This document shows positions 21,470 through 33,914 of a DNA stretch of 64,000 nt, one piece after another; the first letter of the stretch is position 1; each line of letters opens with the position of its first letter. The notes beneath the pieces were generated by a model. The model saw only the letters and a list, made by a program, of their open reading frames with translations, was not told the DNA's origin and ran no database searches. Both the position numbers and the translations under genes were made by a program. This stretch comes from Lama glama. Lineage: Eukaryota. The stretch spans positions 38,564,001-38,628,000 of the forward strand of contig CM052818.1 in assembly GCA_028534125.1 (NCBI GenBank), given 5' to 3'.

Positions 21470-22760
21470 CATATTGACAATCCATCAGTCAGGCATGCAG
21501 TCAGCAATGTCTAGTGAGCCTTTCTCTGTATATTCCAGAAGAACAATCTCTTCTTCAAGAAATTTAGGGGTAAGAGCCTACAAATAAACAAGAGTAAGAG
21601 AATATTAAGTGTTGATAAGTGCTGAGAAGAAGATAAAACTGGGAATGTGAAGTGTGTGTTATTTTGCAGGCATGGGCGGAGAGCCTGTGGTCCTTAGGGA
21701 GGTTAGGAAAGACTGAGGAGATGATATTTAACCTGAGACCTGAGTGAGGACATAGCAATCAAGCACAGATCTAGAGAACACAGAAGTAACAGCAAGTGCA
21801 AAGGCCCGGAGACAGGAATGCATTTAGGAAACTGGAGAGAAAGACAAAGGATCATTGCTGCTAGAAGACTGTAGATGAGCAGAATGGAGACGTAGGAAAT
21901 AGGAGAGGTCTACAGAGCGTAGGTCCTATAGGGCCTTGAGAACTAGAGTAAATAAATTTTATTCTCATTACATTAGCAAGCCATGTTGTTTTAAACACAG
22001 GACTGACACAACTTAATTCATACTTTAGAAAGATCATCCTGGCTACTATGCTGAGAGATTGGCAGGGTTTTTCAACCTCACCGCTATTGAAATTTTGAGC
22101 CAGGTAATTCTTTGTTGGTAGTGGCTGCCCTGTGTCTTGTAGAATTGTTAGCAGCATCCTGGCCTCTATCCAGTAGAAGCCAGTAGCAACTCTCCCTTTC
22201 AGAAGTGACAACTGAAAGTGATTAAAAACATCATTAAATGTCCCCCAGGTGACAAAATCACCCCCAGATGAGAACCTCTGCTCCATGGGGACACAAGCTG
22301 AAGAAGGAATACAAGTTAGGAGATTGTAGCCATGGTCCAAGTGGGAAAAACGGTAGCTCAGATGCTGATGGTGACCATAGAGATGGTAAGTGCTTTGGGT
22401 CCAAGATCTATTTTGAAGTTAGAGCCAATGGTATTTTCTGATGAATTAGATGTAGGATGTGAGGGAAAGAAGGGTCAAAGATGAACTAAATTTTTGGTCT
22501 AGGCAACTGAGTAGATGGCAGTTCTATTCAAAATTGAAAATGCTTGGAATAGGGGACAGATATGGGAACTGGGCAGCCAAACAGTTCTGGTGTTTATTAT
22601 GCTAAGGGTGAGGTGATTTTTAGACATCTAAGTGTAAAAACTGATAAAGCAATTCAGACAGATAGATAGAGATTCAGGCAGAAGGTAAGCATAAATTTGA
22701 GAGTGACTCACACGTCAATTGAAGAAATTCAAATTATAGAATTTTTTTCTGGAGTAATTA
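21470..22760 (-). mobile_element. LINE-2 3' fragment (interrupted by MER20)
   Basis: Reverse-L2 hallmarks ACCTGAGACCTGAGTGA, CAGCAAGTGCAAAGGCCC, TTTAGAAAGATCATCCTGGCT, ATTTTGAAGTTAGAGCCAA, TAGACATCTAAGTG. Confidence 0.85.
22063..22280 (-). mobile_element. MER20 nested inside an L2
   Basis: CAGGGTTTTTCAACCTC...GCAGCATCCTGGCCTCTATCCAGTAGA...AAAATCACCCCCAGATGAGAACCTCTG; L2 sequence on both sides. Confidence 0.9.
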
Positions 22761-24334
22761 CAGGCATTGAGACTTGCTGTTCAATTCAGGAGGAGGGTAA
22801 TCTATAGAGGAAGGAAAAGCTGGAAGTTGAGCCCTTCCAGTCCTGAGGGATGGGGTGGGGCATGCAGAAGAGGCGGGGGTGACATAAGGCTCCAATATGT
22901 TCAACAGTTGGAGGGGAAACCAGAAAGAAGAGTCTTGTGTCCTGTTTCCCAGCTGGGACTCTGGGTTAATTTTACTTCAAAATCTATTCTTGTGCCAGCA
23001 TGACAGCAACCACACCAAAGTAAACTTCACCGGGAGCACTTCAATGCTCAAAGAAGACCACGTTACCTTTTCTGAACCATTTTCACTTTCCTTGTGCTGT
23101 GTCTGGGACCCAGACATTCCCGCAGACCCCCACAAGGTGGATCTGTGCAGCCACTGAGTTGGGAGCCAGAGGGTCTGCATAGGCCACGTTGGCAGGTGGA
23201 ATGTGACCCCACTACAGAGATCTCTTAGGTCAGGGTGAGACATAGGATGCAGCAGACCCTGAGTCAGCCAAGGAGGGCAACTAAGAATAGAGAAATCCAC
23301 AAGTCTTACCAGCTGCTGACCTCAGCCAGCAAAGACAACAAGGCAAGCAATGAAGGGACACCGCGACACTGCCAATGTCCGGCAGACGAAGGGACACTGC
23401 CTCAGAAATGGGAGGATCATCAACGCGTGAGGGATCTGAGGACACAGTATTCCCTCCTCATACACCCAAATGCCACACGGGGGAAGAGAAAGGGGAAGAG
23501 AAGAGAGCTGGGATCAGTTTGAAGTTGTTCAATTGGACCAAAATTTAGTTTTATTTCTTCTTTCACCACCCCACGTGTGGGAGCCCATGTGGAATATCAG
23601 ATCAGTTTTAGGAAAATAAAGAAAGAAAATTTTTTTTCATCTGTGTGGTTAGCATGCATAAACTTACTACTCCAGGTCATACTGGTCAAATAGCCAATCC
23701 AGTGTGTTTAGCAAACCATTTCTGAGTGCCAGCTATGTGCCAACTTCTATACTAGGAACTGAGAATTTGGTAGCTCCTGTTCATTGTGTAAGAGCCACAG
23801 ACACCAACACAGTTCAGAAGCACACAACGGTCACCTTGGCAGTGTCACTCAGGACAGTCCCAAGAGGAGCACTGGGCTGTGAGCATGCCTTTGGCCGAGC
23901 GTCCCCACTCCAGGCTCCGTGGGAGGGACCACACACAGGATGAACCTCACATCTCCAAGAGTGTAAGTCCAGGTGAGAAAAACTATCCACCATTATTAGC
24001 CTGTTATCACTGTTTAAATAAGAAAAACCAAATGACAGAGTCACAGAATCAAAGAGTGGCAGAGTGGGAAGAGATTTTAGCACTTGGTACCCCGATCCCT
24101 CAGTTAACTGCTGAGGGCACTGAGGCATGGCCAAGGGACAGACCCCTTCTTGATCCCATAGCAGATTCGAGATGGAGCTGGACCTTGTCATAGCCTGCAG
24201 CTCCTCAGCCACAGGAGCCACATAAGTGATTTTAAGGAGTTTCTGAAAACCTAACAAGCATACTGCTATCAAGGAGACGAACTTTAAAGAAAACCATCTA
24301 CTTCCTGGGCTAGGGCTAGGTCGGAGACCAATGG

Positions 24335-24710
24335 TGCCCTAGCTCTCAGGCTGCTATCACAACATACCATAAACCAGGCGGCTTAAACAACAGAACTGTA
24401 TTTCTTATATTTCTGGAGACAGAAGTCTGAGATCAGGGTGCCAGCCTGGTCAGGTTCTGGTGAGGGTCCTGGTTTGCAAGTAGCTGACTCCTTGCTATAT
24501 CCGCAGATGGAGGGGTGGGGTTGGCGATTTGGGAAGAGAGACAGGCANNNNNNNNNNNNNNNNNNNNNNNNNNNNNNNNNNNNNNNNNNNNNNNNNNNNN
24601 NNNNNNNNNNNNNNNNNNNNNNNNNNNNNNNNNNNNNNNNNNNNNNNNNNNNNNNNNNNNNNNNNNNNNNNNNNNNNNTTTGGAGAAGACAAAACATTCA
24701 GTCCATAGGA
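24335..24710 (-). mobile_element. MLT1A-like MaLR solo LTR (middle is N)
   Basis: GGCTGCTATCACAACATACCATAAACCAGGCGGCTTAAACAACAGAA...GAAGTCTGAGATCAGGGTGCCAGC and terminal ACATTCAGTCCATAG. Confidence 0.9.
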
Positions 24711-26709
24711 GATAGTCTAGGAAGACGTGGTTAGAGAAGCCAGGCACTCCAGCACCATCATGAGTTCTGCTGCCATCCCCATAGGAATGATCCCCACAGG
24801 CTCCCATAAAAGCACCTTCAGTGCCTGCGGCAGTTGAGCTGTCACCAAGCCAGCAGGCACAGCAAGGCCACAGGGAGCTGCCCTCTATGGCTCTTTCCCC
24901 AGCAGCAGGTAGTTGGGGTAGTTGAAGCTGTACCCCACAAAAGATGCTTAACTTTTCTGATTTATGATTGTATTCTCATTTTAATGAGATACATTCTCTG
25001 TATATAAAATGGAACCAACCTGCAATTCTATGCCTACATTTCTATCTTGCAATGAATCAGAAACCCAAGGACCTGCTTCTTCCCTGGGCTCTGACACTTG
25101 TTCTAGAACCTAAGCGGTATTCTCTCCTCTGCATCTTCCTTTCTGGGCCATGAAGGGATAAAACCTCTTGGCGGTCTTCCTGCTCCACCAACCTGGGCTT
25201 GGTGCAAGAGCCTGCCCGCCCAACGCCCCCTCCTTATCTGTAGACAGTGGAGGCGACAACACGGCCAGTCACCAGGCTCCTGGCCCTTAACTCTTTGACC
25301 TTCAGGAAGCCTTGGGTCTCCTTCTCTCCCGGATGTCATTCTTACCCTGCAAGGCTGGCCTCAGGGGCTGGGAGTAGTAAGGGTTGAGAACATTCTCTCT
25401 GGTGGCCAGGAAAGCCCATCCGAAAGAAAAGACCCTGTTTTCCTCCTTAGAGTCCCTCAGCGCCTCCTTGAAGCCGAAGAGAAAGACGTCACAACAAAAC
25501 AAAGTTGCCAANNNNNNNNNNNNNNNNNNNNNNNNNNNNNNNNNNNNNNNNNNNNNNNNNNNNNNNNNNNNNNNNNNNNNNNNNNNNNNNNNNNNNNNNN
25601 NNNNNNNNNNNNNNNNNNNNNNNNNNNNNNNNNNNNNNNNNNNNNNNNNNNNNNNNNNNNNNNNNNNNNNNNNNNCCCCACATACTTCTGAAACTGTCGG
25701 TTGTCAGTTACACGGAGTGTTTACATTNNNNNNNNNNNNNNNNNNNNNNNNNNNNNNNNNNNNNNNNNNNNNNNNNNNNNNNNNNNNNNNNNNNNNNNNN
25801 NNNNNNNNNNNNNNNNNNNNNNNNNNNNNNNNNNNNNNNNNNNNNNNNNNNNNNNNNNNNNNNNNNNNNNNNNNNNNNNNNNNNNNNNNNNNNNNNNNNN
25901 NNNNNNNNNNNNNNNNNNNNNNNNNNNNNNNNNNNNNNNNNNNNNNNNNNNNNNNNNNNNNNNNNNNNNNNNNNNNNNNCAAATGGCACCCCCAGCACCA
26001 GCTCTGGGCACTTTTTGAGTTCCTTCTCTGAGAAAACCAGGGTCCTGAGCAAGGCCAGTCTCAGGAGCAGATTCTCTAGTCAAGACTGTGGTTCCACAGA
26101 AAAGACACCTCGACAGTTAACCTGTCCTCTTCAGCACCTGCCCCAGGACACCTCCCTATCACCAAAGACTCGGGAAAGTGAGGAAAGGCAAAGCCCATTC
26201 CCCTTGTCCTCATCCTGAAGGAGATGCAGTGGGGACCCACACGCCAGCCTGCATTCCCAGGCGTAGAGGAGCCTGAGTGAGGAGAAGGCACATCTGGCAG
26301 AAGGCACGTCACACTCTGATGCGCTGTGAGCTGTGATCATCCCAGTGGAAGGTTCTCCAAGGGCCAGGCAGTGACATCCCTGGCAGATGGGCAGAGGAAG
26401 TCTTTGGCGTTATCAGCTTTCCTGTGAGACCCAGGCTTAGTCTGAGAGAAGGTCCACTCTCCTGAGCAGACATCACTGCTTGCTGGGGGCTCCTCTAGTG
26501 GACTCACAGAGATTTGATCTAGAAAGATCCTGGAGCCAAAATGTTCCCCCCAACCAAAAAGAGTGGCCATGCCCTTAAGGCTTCCTCCAAGCCCAACCAC
26601 AGTACTTGAGCCTTCCCCCAAGTAGATGGTAGGTCCTGAATATCTATTCTGAATAATACTCCAGAATCTGAGTATTGCTTCTAATAGCAGGGCAAAAACC
26701 AATTCTCGT

Positions 26710-26990
26710 TTTGAATCTGTTCGCCAAATTCATTAAGTACCAGCCTCACAATTTTAACTATTACTAGTTTTCTTTAAGTTAATGCCTTTGTTTTCTTGTT
26801 TGTTTTTTAGTTAAACATCTTCTTTAGCTTTTTCCTAAAATATTCAAGAAATCACAAATGTGTTAGGTATACATCTTTTATATATGTGTTAAAATAAATA
26901 TATGTCATTGAAATGAAAATATTGATCAACATCTAAAATCTTCTCACACGCTCCCATCAGTACTTGTCTACAGCTTTGGGAAATGCGGCC
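26710..26990. mobile_element. Ancient hAT-Charlie-like remnant
   Basis: AT-rich body ending CTAAAATCTTCTCACAC...CAGTACTTGTCTACAGCTTTGGGAAATGCGG, similar to Charlie/MER112-type termini. Confidence 0.45.
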
Positions 26991-28790
26991 CTAAGTTATT
27001 CTGTAGAATTCTAGTGTTTCTTCCAAACCTTTCCTCAGATTCCTTTAAATGACATGGCAAAAAAATGAAGGCAAGGCAGTACAGCTCCTTCTCACTGGTT
27101 CCGTGAGCACTGGAACTGACTGTCAGCATATTGACTACTGATGGGAGGGCTTAAAGACCTGCTCTGTTCATCCCATTAGAAATAAGCACTGTTTCCCATC
27201 AAGAGAACAGGGCGGGATTATTTTCTCCACAATTCGTTATGAGAGAGTGGGGACAAGAACACAAGAACGCACTGAATGTTGCCTCCAAGTCTTCACTGTG
27301 CCCCCAAAGTTCCAGGGACAGTTCAGTGTTTTTTTAGAATGGTTCCAGCATGGGAAGTTGTCAAGGAAAGCTAATCCTATATTATTCTTAAACTAAGAAC
27401 TCTGCTTTGAACTCAGCGCAGAAGTCAGACCATGTCTAAGGAGCAGGCACTCACTAATCACTTCTTGGCTGCGGTTGACTGGTAATGTCCTCAAAACCAA
27501 GCCATCCTGGGGTTTCCTGAAGTCAGAAGGGAAGTTAATTGTTTAAAAATAAAACACTCCTATTTTAGGCCCTTCACACCCCTCCATAAGACAGCAGCCT
27601 AATAATCTAAATGATTGTTTGGGAAAGTGCTTTAACTTCATTTTGTCAAATGTTTGCTTGGGTCTTTCAACCTCATGGATAAAGTACCCAGACTTGGCTC
27701 CAAGCCACCCTGTCCTGAACAGTGAGGTTCACAGTGTGACTTCAGAGCTCAGAAGCTTCATGGTTGAGATTCCAACTGTTTGTTCCTCCAGCCTTTTAAC
27801 AAACAATAGGAGGCACCTACTGAATACAATGACTCAAGGGTTTTGCTTTGGGGGATTTGAGGATGCCTTACTCATGCCAACATCTGACCTTTTTCAATCA
27901 AGAGACAATGCCAGGAACATTCGGTCCTCTTTTAGTTTACTAGAAATAAATCTCAGAATAATGCAGCATGCTGTTTAAGAAATGTTTTTTTTTTTTGAAA
28001 AATCACTTCTCTTGCAAGAGGCTGAGTCAAAGACTAAAGACTAAAGGGAATTAAATTCGAGCCTTAACTGGAGTAGCAGATAGGTGCTGATACCATCAAA
28101 AAAGGAAGAGGCTGAGGAAAGTGGCAAGATAAATAACCTCTGCATTCTAAACGTCTGATCCCACTATCCACAGCTTCAAAGAAGACTGCTCAGATCCAGC
28201 AGATGCATCCCGATGCCTGGTATACAGCTAAGTACCCCAGAGAAGGTGGACCTCATCACAGCTTTGGCTACAAGGTAGTTCCCTTAGGAGGCAGCCTCAG
28301 CCTTTGGCTCTGGCAGCTGCTATTTGATAAAGATGCCTGCAGGGAAGGAGGCCAGCTGTGAGCAGAGGTCAAGAAGAGATATCACCATCTTAGGACTCTG
28401 CTGACACTCCAGAAATGCTGACTTTCAACCTGCAGCTGTGCCAGGCAGTGCCCTCACGCTGTGGAAGGCCAGCAGGTGACCCGGCTGGTGCAGGCTGCTA
28501 TCCTAATCCCACGACCTGACGTCTCCCATAGCTGAACTTCACACACTGAAAGATCATTCAATATTCATGGACAAACAGATCTCTGAGGGAAAGGTCCGTA
28601 CTATACACTGTCACATGGGAGGATTTCAACAGGCAGGTATTTGAGCAGCTGGGGCCTTTGCGGAGAACTCACAACACACATGTGGGGTGCTACACACTCC
28701 ACCTGGGAGTGAGGCTCACCTGGAATATGGACAGCCCCATGCCTATCAGCAAGCCCAAATTGGAAGTCAGGGCTGCAGCAAGTTACAGAG

Positions 28791-28810
28791 TTCACCACCA
28801 GAGGGCAGCA
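28791..28810 (+). promoter_or_regulatory. CTCF-binding motif
   Basis: TTCACCACCAGAGGGCAGCA contains the canonical core CCACCAGAGGGCAGC (28795-28809), with a TACAG upstream-module-like word 6 bp 5'. Confidence 0.7.
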
Positions 28811-29029
28811 ATGCATGCAGACACAAGGGAACCTCCCCATTTGAGAGAGGAGAAAACTGAGGTTGGAAGAGGGGTTACCAATGCACCCACGGCTCACAGG
28901 GAGTACTAGACAGATCCAGGCTCAGAGCCCCAGCCTCCCAACTCCAGGCCAGTGCTCCTCCAATGTCTCTGGAAAGGAACATTTTTGGTTGGTCTATGCA
29001 TCTTTATTAACAGTTGATGAAAACTGGAT

Positions 29030-29302
29030 CCCCCAGGGATTTTTGGAAGTCTTTATCCTTTTTTGCCTTGACCCACATTAAGAAATACATTGCACATTGC
29101 AACCTACATTTAGTATACTATATACCATACATAAAACTGAAACACATTTTCACAAAGTAATACCCTTAGTCCTGAGATTCACTCGGATATTTTCAATTGT
29201 GCTTTATTCTATGTCTTTCTTTTTTTTTTAATGCTAGGCAGATCTCCATCCACCACATTGATTTCACAACCCACTAACTGGTTGCCAGGATTGGTTTGAA
29301 GG
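29030..29302. mobile_element. Ancient hAT-Charlie MER-type DNA transposon remnant
   Basis: ACCCACATTAAGAAATACATT...AAAACTGAAACA...TTGATTTCACAACCCACTAACTGG...GTTTGAA; subfamily not resolved. Confidence 0.6.
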
Positions 29303-30534
29303 GTGGCCTGGAGAATGGCCCTCCAAAGAATGGAGGATAAAGTCTAATACATTGCCATTCCTGTACATGCTGGGTCCTACAAGAGCTTAGGAGGGGCTAA
29401 GGATGCTGGGCTTCCCCAGTCTAGGAGGGAGATGATGGCCAAGGGGAAGTACCAAGGCAACCTTGATTCACCATTCAGCCTCACTTTCTCTGTATCATTC
29501 CTTCACCCATTCTCTCAGCAAACACTGAGTCCCCTGGAAAGGTCAACCTTGTCCTCAGCCTGCCCTGCTAGGATTTCTGGCTTCAGACATCCCCGTGATC
29601 AGCCTTCCCCAGTAACCTGTGGGTCCTCATTTTGAAGCCTCTGAGTGAAGAAGAAGGAAGAGGAGGAGGAGGAGAAAAGAATGGAGAACAGTCTGAGGCC
29701 AGAGGGCAGAAGATGCTCACAGCCAAGGGGCCTTACCAGGTAGACACTGCAAGGGAAACTTTCTAAATGGAGGCCAGAATCTCCCGGGCATCCTCCACTC
29801 AGGCAGCAGCCCCTCCCGGGGCACGGCTAATAGATCTGCCCAGAAAGTCCTTCCTGACACTCTGCCAAGTATTTCACTTCCTCAATTTCATCCACTTGCT
29901 CCTAGCATGTTATTTTATGAAGAAATTCAAAGGAGGAGCCATCCCTCACTGATCAACCCCACAGTGATCCTAAAGTCCTCCTTGAAACCAAGAGCAGGAT
30001 CTCAAATCCAGTTCCTTGATGTCTGGGGAGATTCCTGGTCAGATCCCACAATGTGGGGCTTCCAGCTTCAATCCTGGTATTGACCTCTGATGGGGAGAAG
30101 ATGCATAATAATGAAGAAAATCCTCCAGACCCCAGGGCCAGGGATCGGCCCCAAGGATGCTGGCTCAGTCTCTGATTTCCCATCACATCATGGTTCTGGA
30201 ACTATGGCCCCAAAGACAAAAATGACTCAACAAGTGGAACCAGCTCATTGCATGTGATACTAGCTGTCTACAGGGCACAAAGCAGCGAATTTAGCTTCGA
30301 ATGAAGGAAGAAGATGAGTTAGATCCAGTCCTGCCTTTGAGTTTCTCCACAGCTTGGTAAAGGAGTAAAGCCAAGCATTAGCTTGGGTACCAACCCTCTG
30401 GGGAGCATCCCCTGCCTCGCACGCTCCTACCCTGCTCCCTCGCAAACCCACTCTTCACTTACCACATAGGATTGCATTCGTTGGCTCACCTGTTTGCTAC
30501 CCAAATAGAATGTCGTTTCCTTGTGAGCAGATCA

Positions 30535-30762
30535 AGGAGAGGCTAGGCTGCAGCCATGAGGCAAGGAAGGTCTGTGGCCTCTAGAAGGTGGAAAACGCAG
30601 GGGGATGTATTCACCTCTAGAGCCTCTGGAACAGAACACAGCCCTGCCAACCCCTTAATTCCAGCCCAGTGTCAAACTTCTCCAGAACCATAAGATAATA
30701 TGTGTTGTTTTAAGCCACCACATAGTGGTGATTGCTTATAGTAGCAAAAGGAAGCTCATGCA
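30535..30762 (+). mobile_element. MLT1D/E-like LTR, 3' half
   Basis: GGCCTCTAGAAGGTGGAAAA, CTAGAGCCTCTGGAA...CAGCCCTGCCAAC, AGAACCATAAGATAATATGTGTTGTTTTAAGCCAC. Confidence 0.85.
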
Positions 30763-31965
30763 GATTTTGGTCATTTCCTATGGAGCCAGTACTCTGGACA
30801 TCTCTCTGTGTTCCAGAACAAAAGGAGACATCATCAGGTAAGACAAGGTGATGTCTTGAAAGCCACGTCCACAGGCCACATTTTGGGAGGGAATTGAAAG
30901 CTGGTTCTTTAGGAGGCAGAGGGACGTGGCTGCCTCCAGGAAGTTAAATCCCGAGGCTGGAGGATGGAAGGGATCCCACCTCACCCCACACAGAGCCCAG
31001 GAGCCCCGGGGACCTGCTGCAGGGTGCCCGCGGAGACGAGCCAACCCTGGAAGCTCCCAAGGCAGAGCAGGCAAGCAGTTGAAAGAGGCCACCTTCTATG
31101 GCACTGTCTGGCCCTGGATAAGAAGCCACCACAGAGGCAACTACTCACCTCTGAGGTTCTAGGCCCTTCGCTGCTTCTGAATTGTAAAGCCCTGAATTTC
31201 TGATATAACACAAGTGAGAGGGAGGGGGCCGTGAAAAATGACAGATATTATGTATCAACTATGTACAAGGGGTCCTTCGACTCAATCTAGTTGTGCTGTA
31301 GGAAAATAAAGAATTATGACCTTTTTTATGTACCTGGCATGCAGTCACCTCCCACCTCCATTACCATGAAGCCCTGGGCTGAGCAGAGCCCAGGAGTGAT
31401 GGCGGGTTACAGGGATGCCACGGTCCTGCCGTATCAGGACCAGAAATGGCGGGGGCTCACACCCACCCACCCCTTTCCCCAAACAGGGGCACCAGGTGGG
31501 TCATCAGGCCTCTCAGGACTCAGTCAGTAAACAATGAGAAGGTGGGTGAACAGTTGAGCTGTGACGCTGAGTCGCTTTTACCTTCATTCTAGGGCTGTGC
31601 TGTCTCCCACGGTATAAGGAGCCTCCGGGGACCAGGAGGCCTCCGTGGTCATCAGTCACCAGCCCTGGTTGCCTAAAGCCAGACACCCAACTCACTGGTC
31701 CAAGCTGCTACTCGGGTACCACTGCTGTCACTGGGCAACTCTGGTAGCCAGGTTCCTGCCTCCCTAGGGCACCGCACAACCACCTTCTCCAAGTACTCAT
31801 CACCTTTCTCAGGGGGAATGTGGGCGTCCACTGCTATTTCCAGAACTTGAGAGCTTCCTCCTGCCCCATCCAGTCTCCAGAAGTCTACTTCTGGGCTTGG
31901 GGGGTGCAGAAGGATGATGGGGAGCCCCTCTTTCTTTATTTTCCTCCATAATATCTCTTCTCCCC

Positions 31966-32019
31966 ATATATATATACATATATATGTACACACACACCAC
32001 ACACACACACACACACACA
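31966..32019. repeat. Compound (TA)n-(CA)n microsatellite
   Basis: atatatatatacatatatatgtacacacacaccacacacacacacacacacaca. Confidence 0.95.
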
Positions 32020-32309
32020 AGTCTCTAGATATATATCTTCCTCCCTCCCTCTCTCACCCCAAACCCTTCAGGCACTAGCACAATCTTTTCAGTGGCTCCA
32101 GGCCTTTTGGAAATGAAGTCCAGGCAGGAGTGTGTCTTGCAAATCACTTGTGCTTTCAGCCTAGCCACAAATCTCCCCAAAGGCACGAAAGCCCACAGTC
32201 TGCTAACTGCTTGAAAGGGGCAGAAGGAAAATGGGAAAAACATAGGGAGGGCTAAAAACATAAATTAATATGTTAAAAGGTTACCCAGACACAATCAAAA
32301 CAGCAACTG

Positions 32310-32560
32310 TCATTTTTCACCCATGTATTTAATAACCATAATTGAGTACCCACTTTATGCCAGAGAGGCTGGGTGCTAGATGCCCACTTGAGCCAGACAG
32401 CAAACTCATAAACAAAGTAATAAGGACATATCCACGCTGTGCGAAGGACAGGGCACTCAGTGGACTGGAGCTGGGTGACTGCATTAGATTGGGAGGGTGG
32501 GTGGGCCCCTCTGCCCTTTAACCTGAGACCTGAGTGACAACAGGGATGCAGGTAGATCAG
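32310..32560 (-). mobile_element. LINE-2 3' end (reverse)
   Basis: ATTGAGTACCCACTTTATGCCAG...TTTAACCTGAGACCTGAGTGACAA. Confidence 0.6.
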
Positions 32561-32569
32561 GGTTTACCT

Positions 32570-32775
32570 TTTATATGCCAAGCACTCTGCATGTGCTGTT
32601 TCATTTAATTCTCCCCACTGACCTAAAGAATCTGCATTATTACTGTCTCTGTTTTACAGATGAGGAAACTGAGGTTTGCAGAGATGAAGTTCCTTGTCTA
32701 AGATAACACAGCCAACCACAAAAGAATGGGGACCAGACAGACGTGCAATCCGCCTGGCTTTAAAGCCACAATCTT
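32570..32775 (-). mobile_element. MIR SINE
   Basis: Core TTTTACAGATGAGGAAACTGAGG with TCATTTAATTCTC upstream. Confidence 0.9.
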
Positions 32776-33914
32776 CTCAATTCTGCTCATAGGGGCTCCA
32801 GTTGCATCCTTCTTGGAACCATCCCAAATGTTCCAGACAGAAATTTCTTTTTCACTAGGCGTTGACATTTCAATCTTTCCTCCGTGGTCGCCTGCAAGGG
32901 CAACACACAAGGAGGTTTCCATCCTCGCAGCCGTCCCTCACGGGAGAGGATAAAGTGCTCCAACCACTACCCTCGCTAAGGTGCGGTCCTGCCCTTCTTT
33001 CTGCGGGGGGCAGCCTCCTTCCAGCCTGTGGTCCCCTCGGGCTCTGGCCCAGAGACCCAACACCCTCTCTCTGTGCGGCCCTGCCCTGTGGGCCGGTGTG
33101 TGGGAGACAGAGCGAGGCCAGATGGGCAGAGTGGAGCCCAAAGTGACTGGCTGGTGGTATTCAAGCCTATTTTTATGCACAAAAATCTGTTCTGTATTTT
33201 ATTCAGCTTTGGGGCAAGGAGAGGTCAACTCTCTTCACCTCTGCTGTAAGATGAGAATAGTGCAGGAAATGAAATGACAGGGAAGCCAGCCTGGGGAGAG
33301 GGAGAAAGGGCAAATTACAGGGAAATTAAAAACCTGTGTTCAGATCAGAGTGGAGGGTGTCAAAGCTCCCCTTCCATGGGGCCCTTCTCCCCAAGGCCAT
33401 GGGGCGTGGAGACGTGAGCGCGCTGCCACGCTTGACAACCCCCACTTGAGGCCCAGTGATGCGGCACTAGTGGCCTGGCACACATGCCGCCAGTCCCAGC
33501 CTCCCGAGGAAGGGCTGGCTTTGTACAATCACCTGTGCCTTCCGGCTCCAGTGGGGTCACTTGAAGGAACTTCCCCAGGGAGCCGATCCCAGAGCCCAGT
33601 GTGCTGGCATGTGGCTCATCTTCATCCTCATCACGGTTACCGAGTCCCCTCTGTGTGCCAGGCACAGGGTTCCTGTGCATCTGAGTCAAACACGCATGAA
33701 ATTATGTGGAAACTCAGATAAAGTGGTCTCTGCTCCCTCGCTCCACAGAGGCATGATTTCAGCTCTTACATACCCTTCAAGTCCTGCCTCCAACACAGTG
33801 CCCCCAGAGCCCAAGCAGAGACTCTGAGTCTGGTCTTAGCATCCAAGGGGTGAAAAATGCTAGGCAGATAGCGGTACTCACCTTCCTCTTGACCTGGTGG
33901 ATGCCCAGACAGTT

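Larger units (their letters stand above)
7880..31890 (-). pseudogene. Tentative chain of exon-like segments (decayed gene or spliced ncRNA), identity unknown
   Basis: AG/GT-flanked segments with polypyrimidine tracts: 31890-31696, 31199-31149, 28772-28720, 23435-23310, 21116-21068, 14397-13642, 12104-12071, 10112-10074, 7968-7880. No recognised homology. Confidence 0.2.

Noticed and set aside
21861-22340. 159-aa ORF and the similar ORFs at 14687-14968, 34370-34738 and 44020-44514
   Set aside because: They are translations of MER20, MLT1B and MLT2 repeats.
7880-31890. Assigning the exon-like chain to a known artiodactyl-lost gene (for example C1orf127/CIROZ or PKD1L1) or to a PLAT-domain gene such as LOXHD1
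   Set aside because: The peptides do not match those proteins as I recall them; no gene symbol can be supported.
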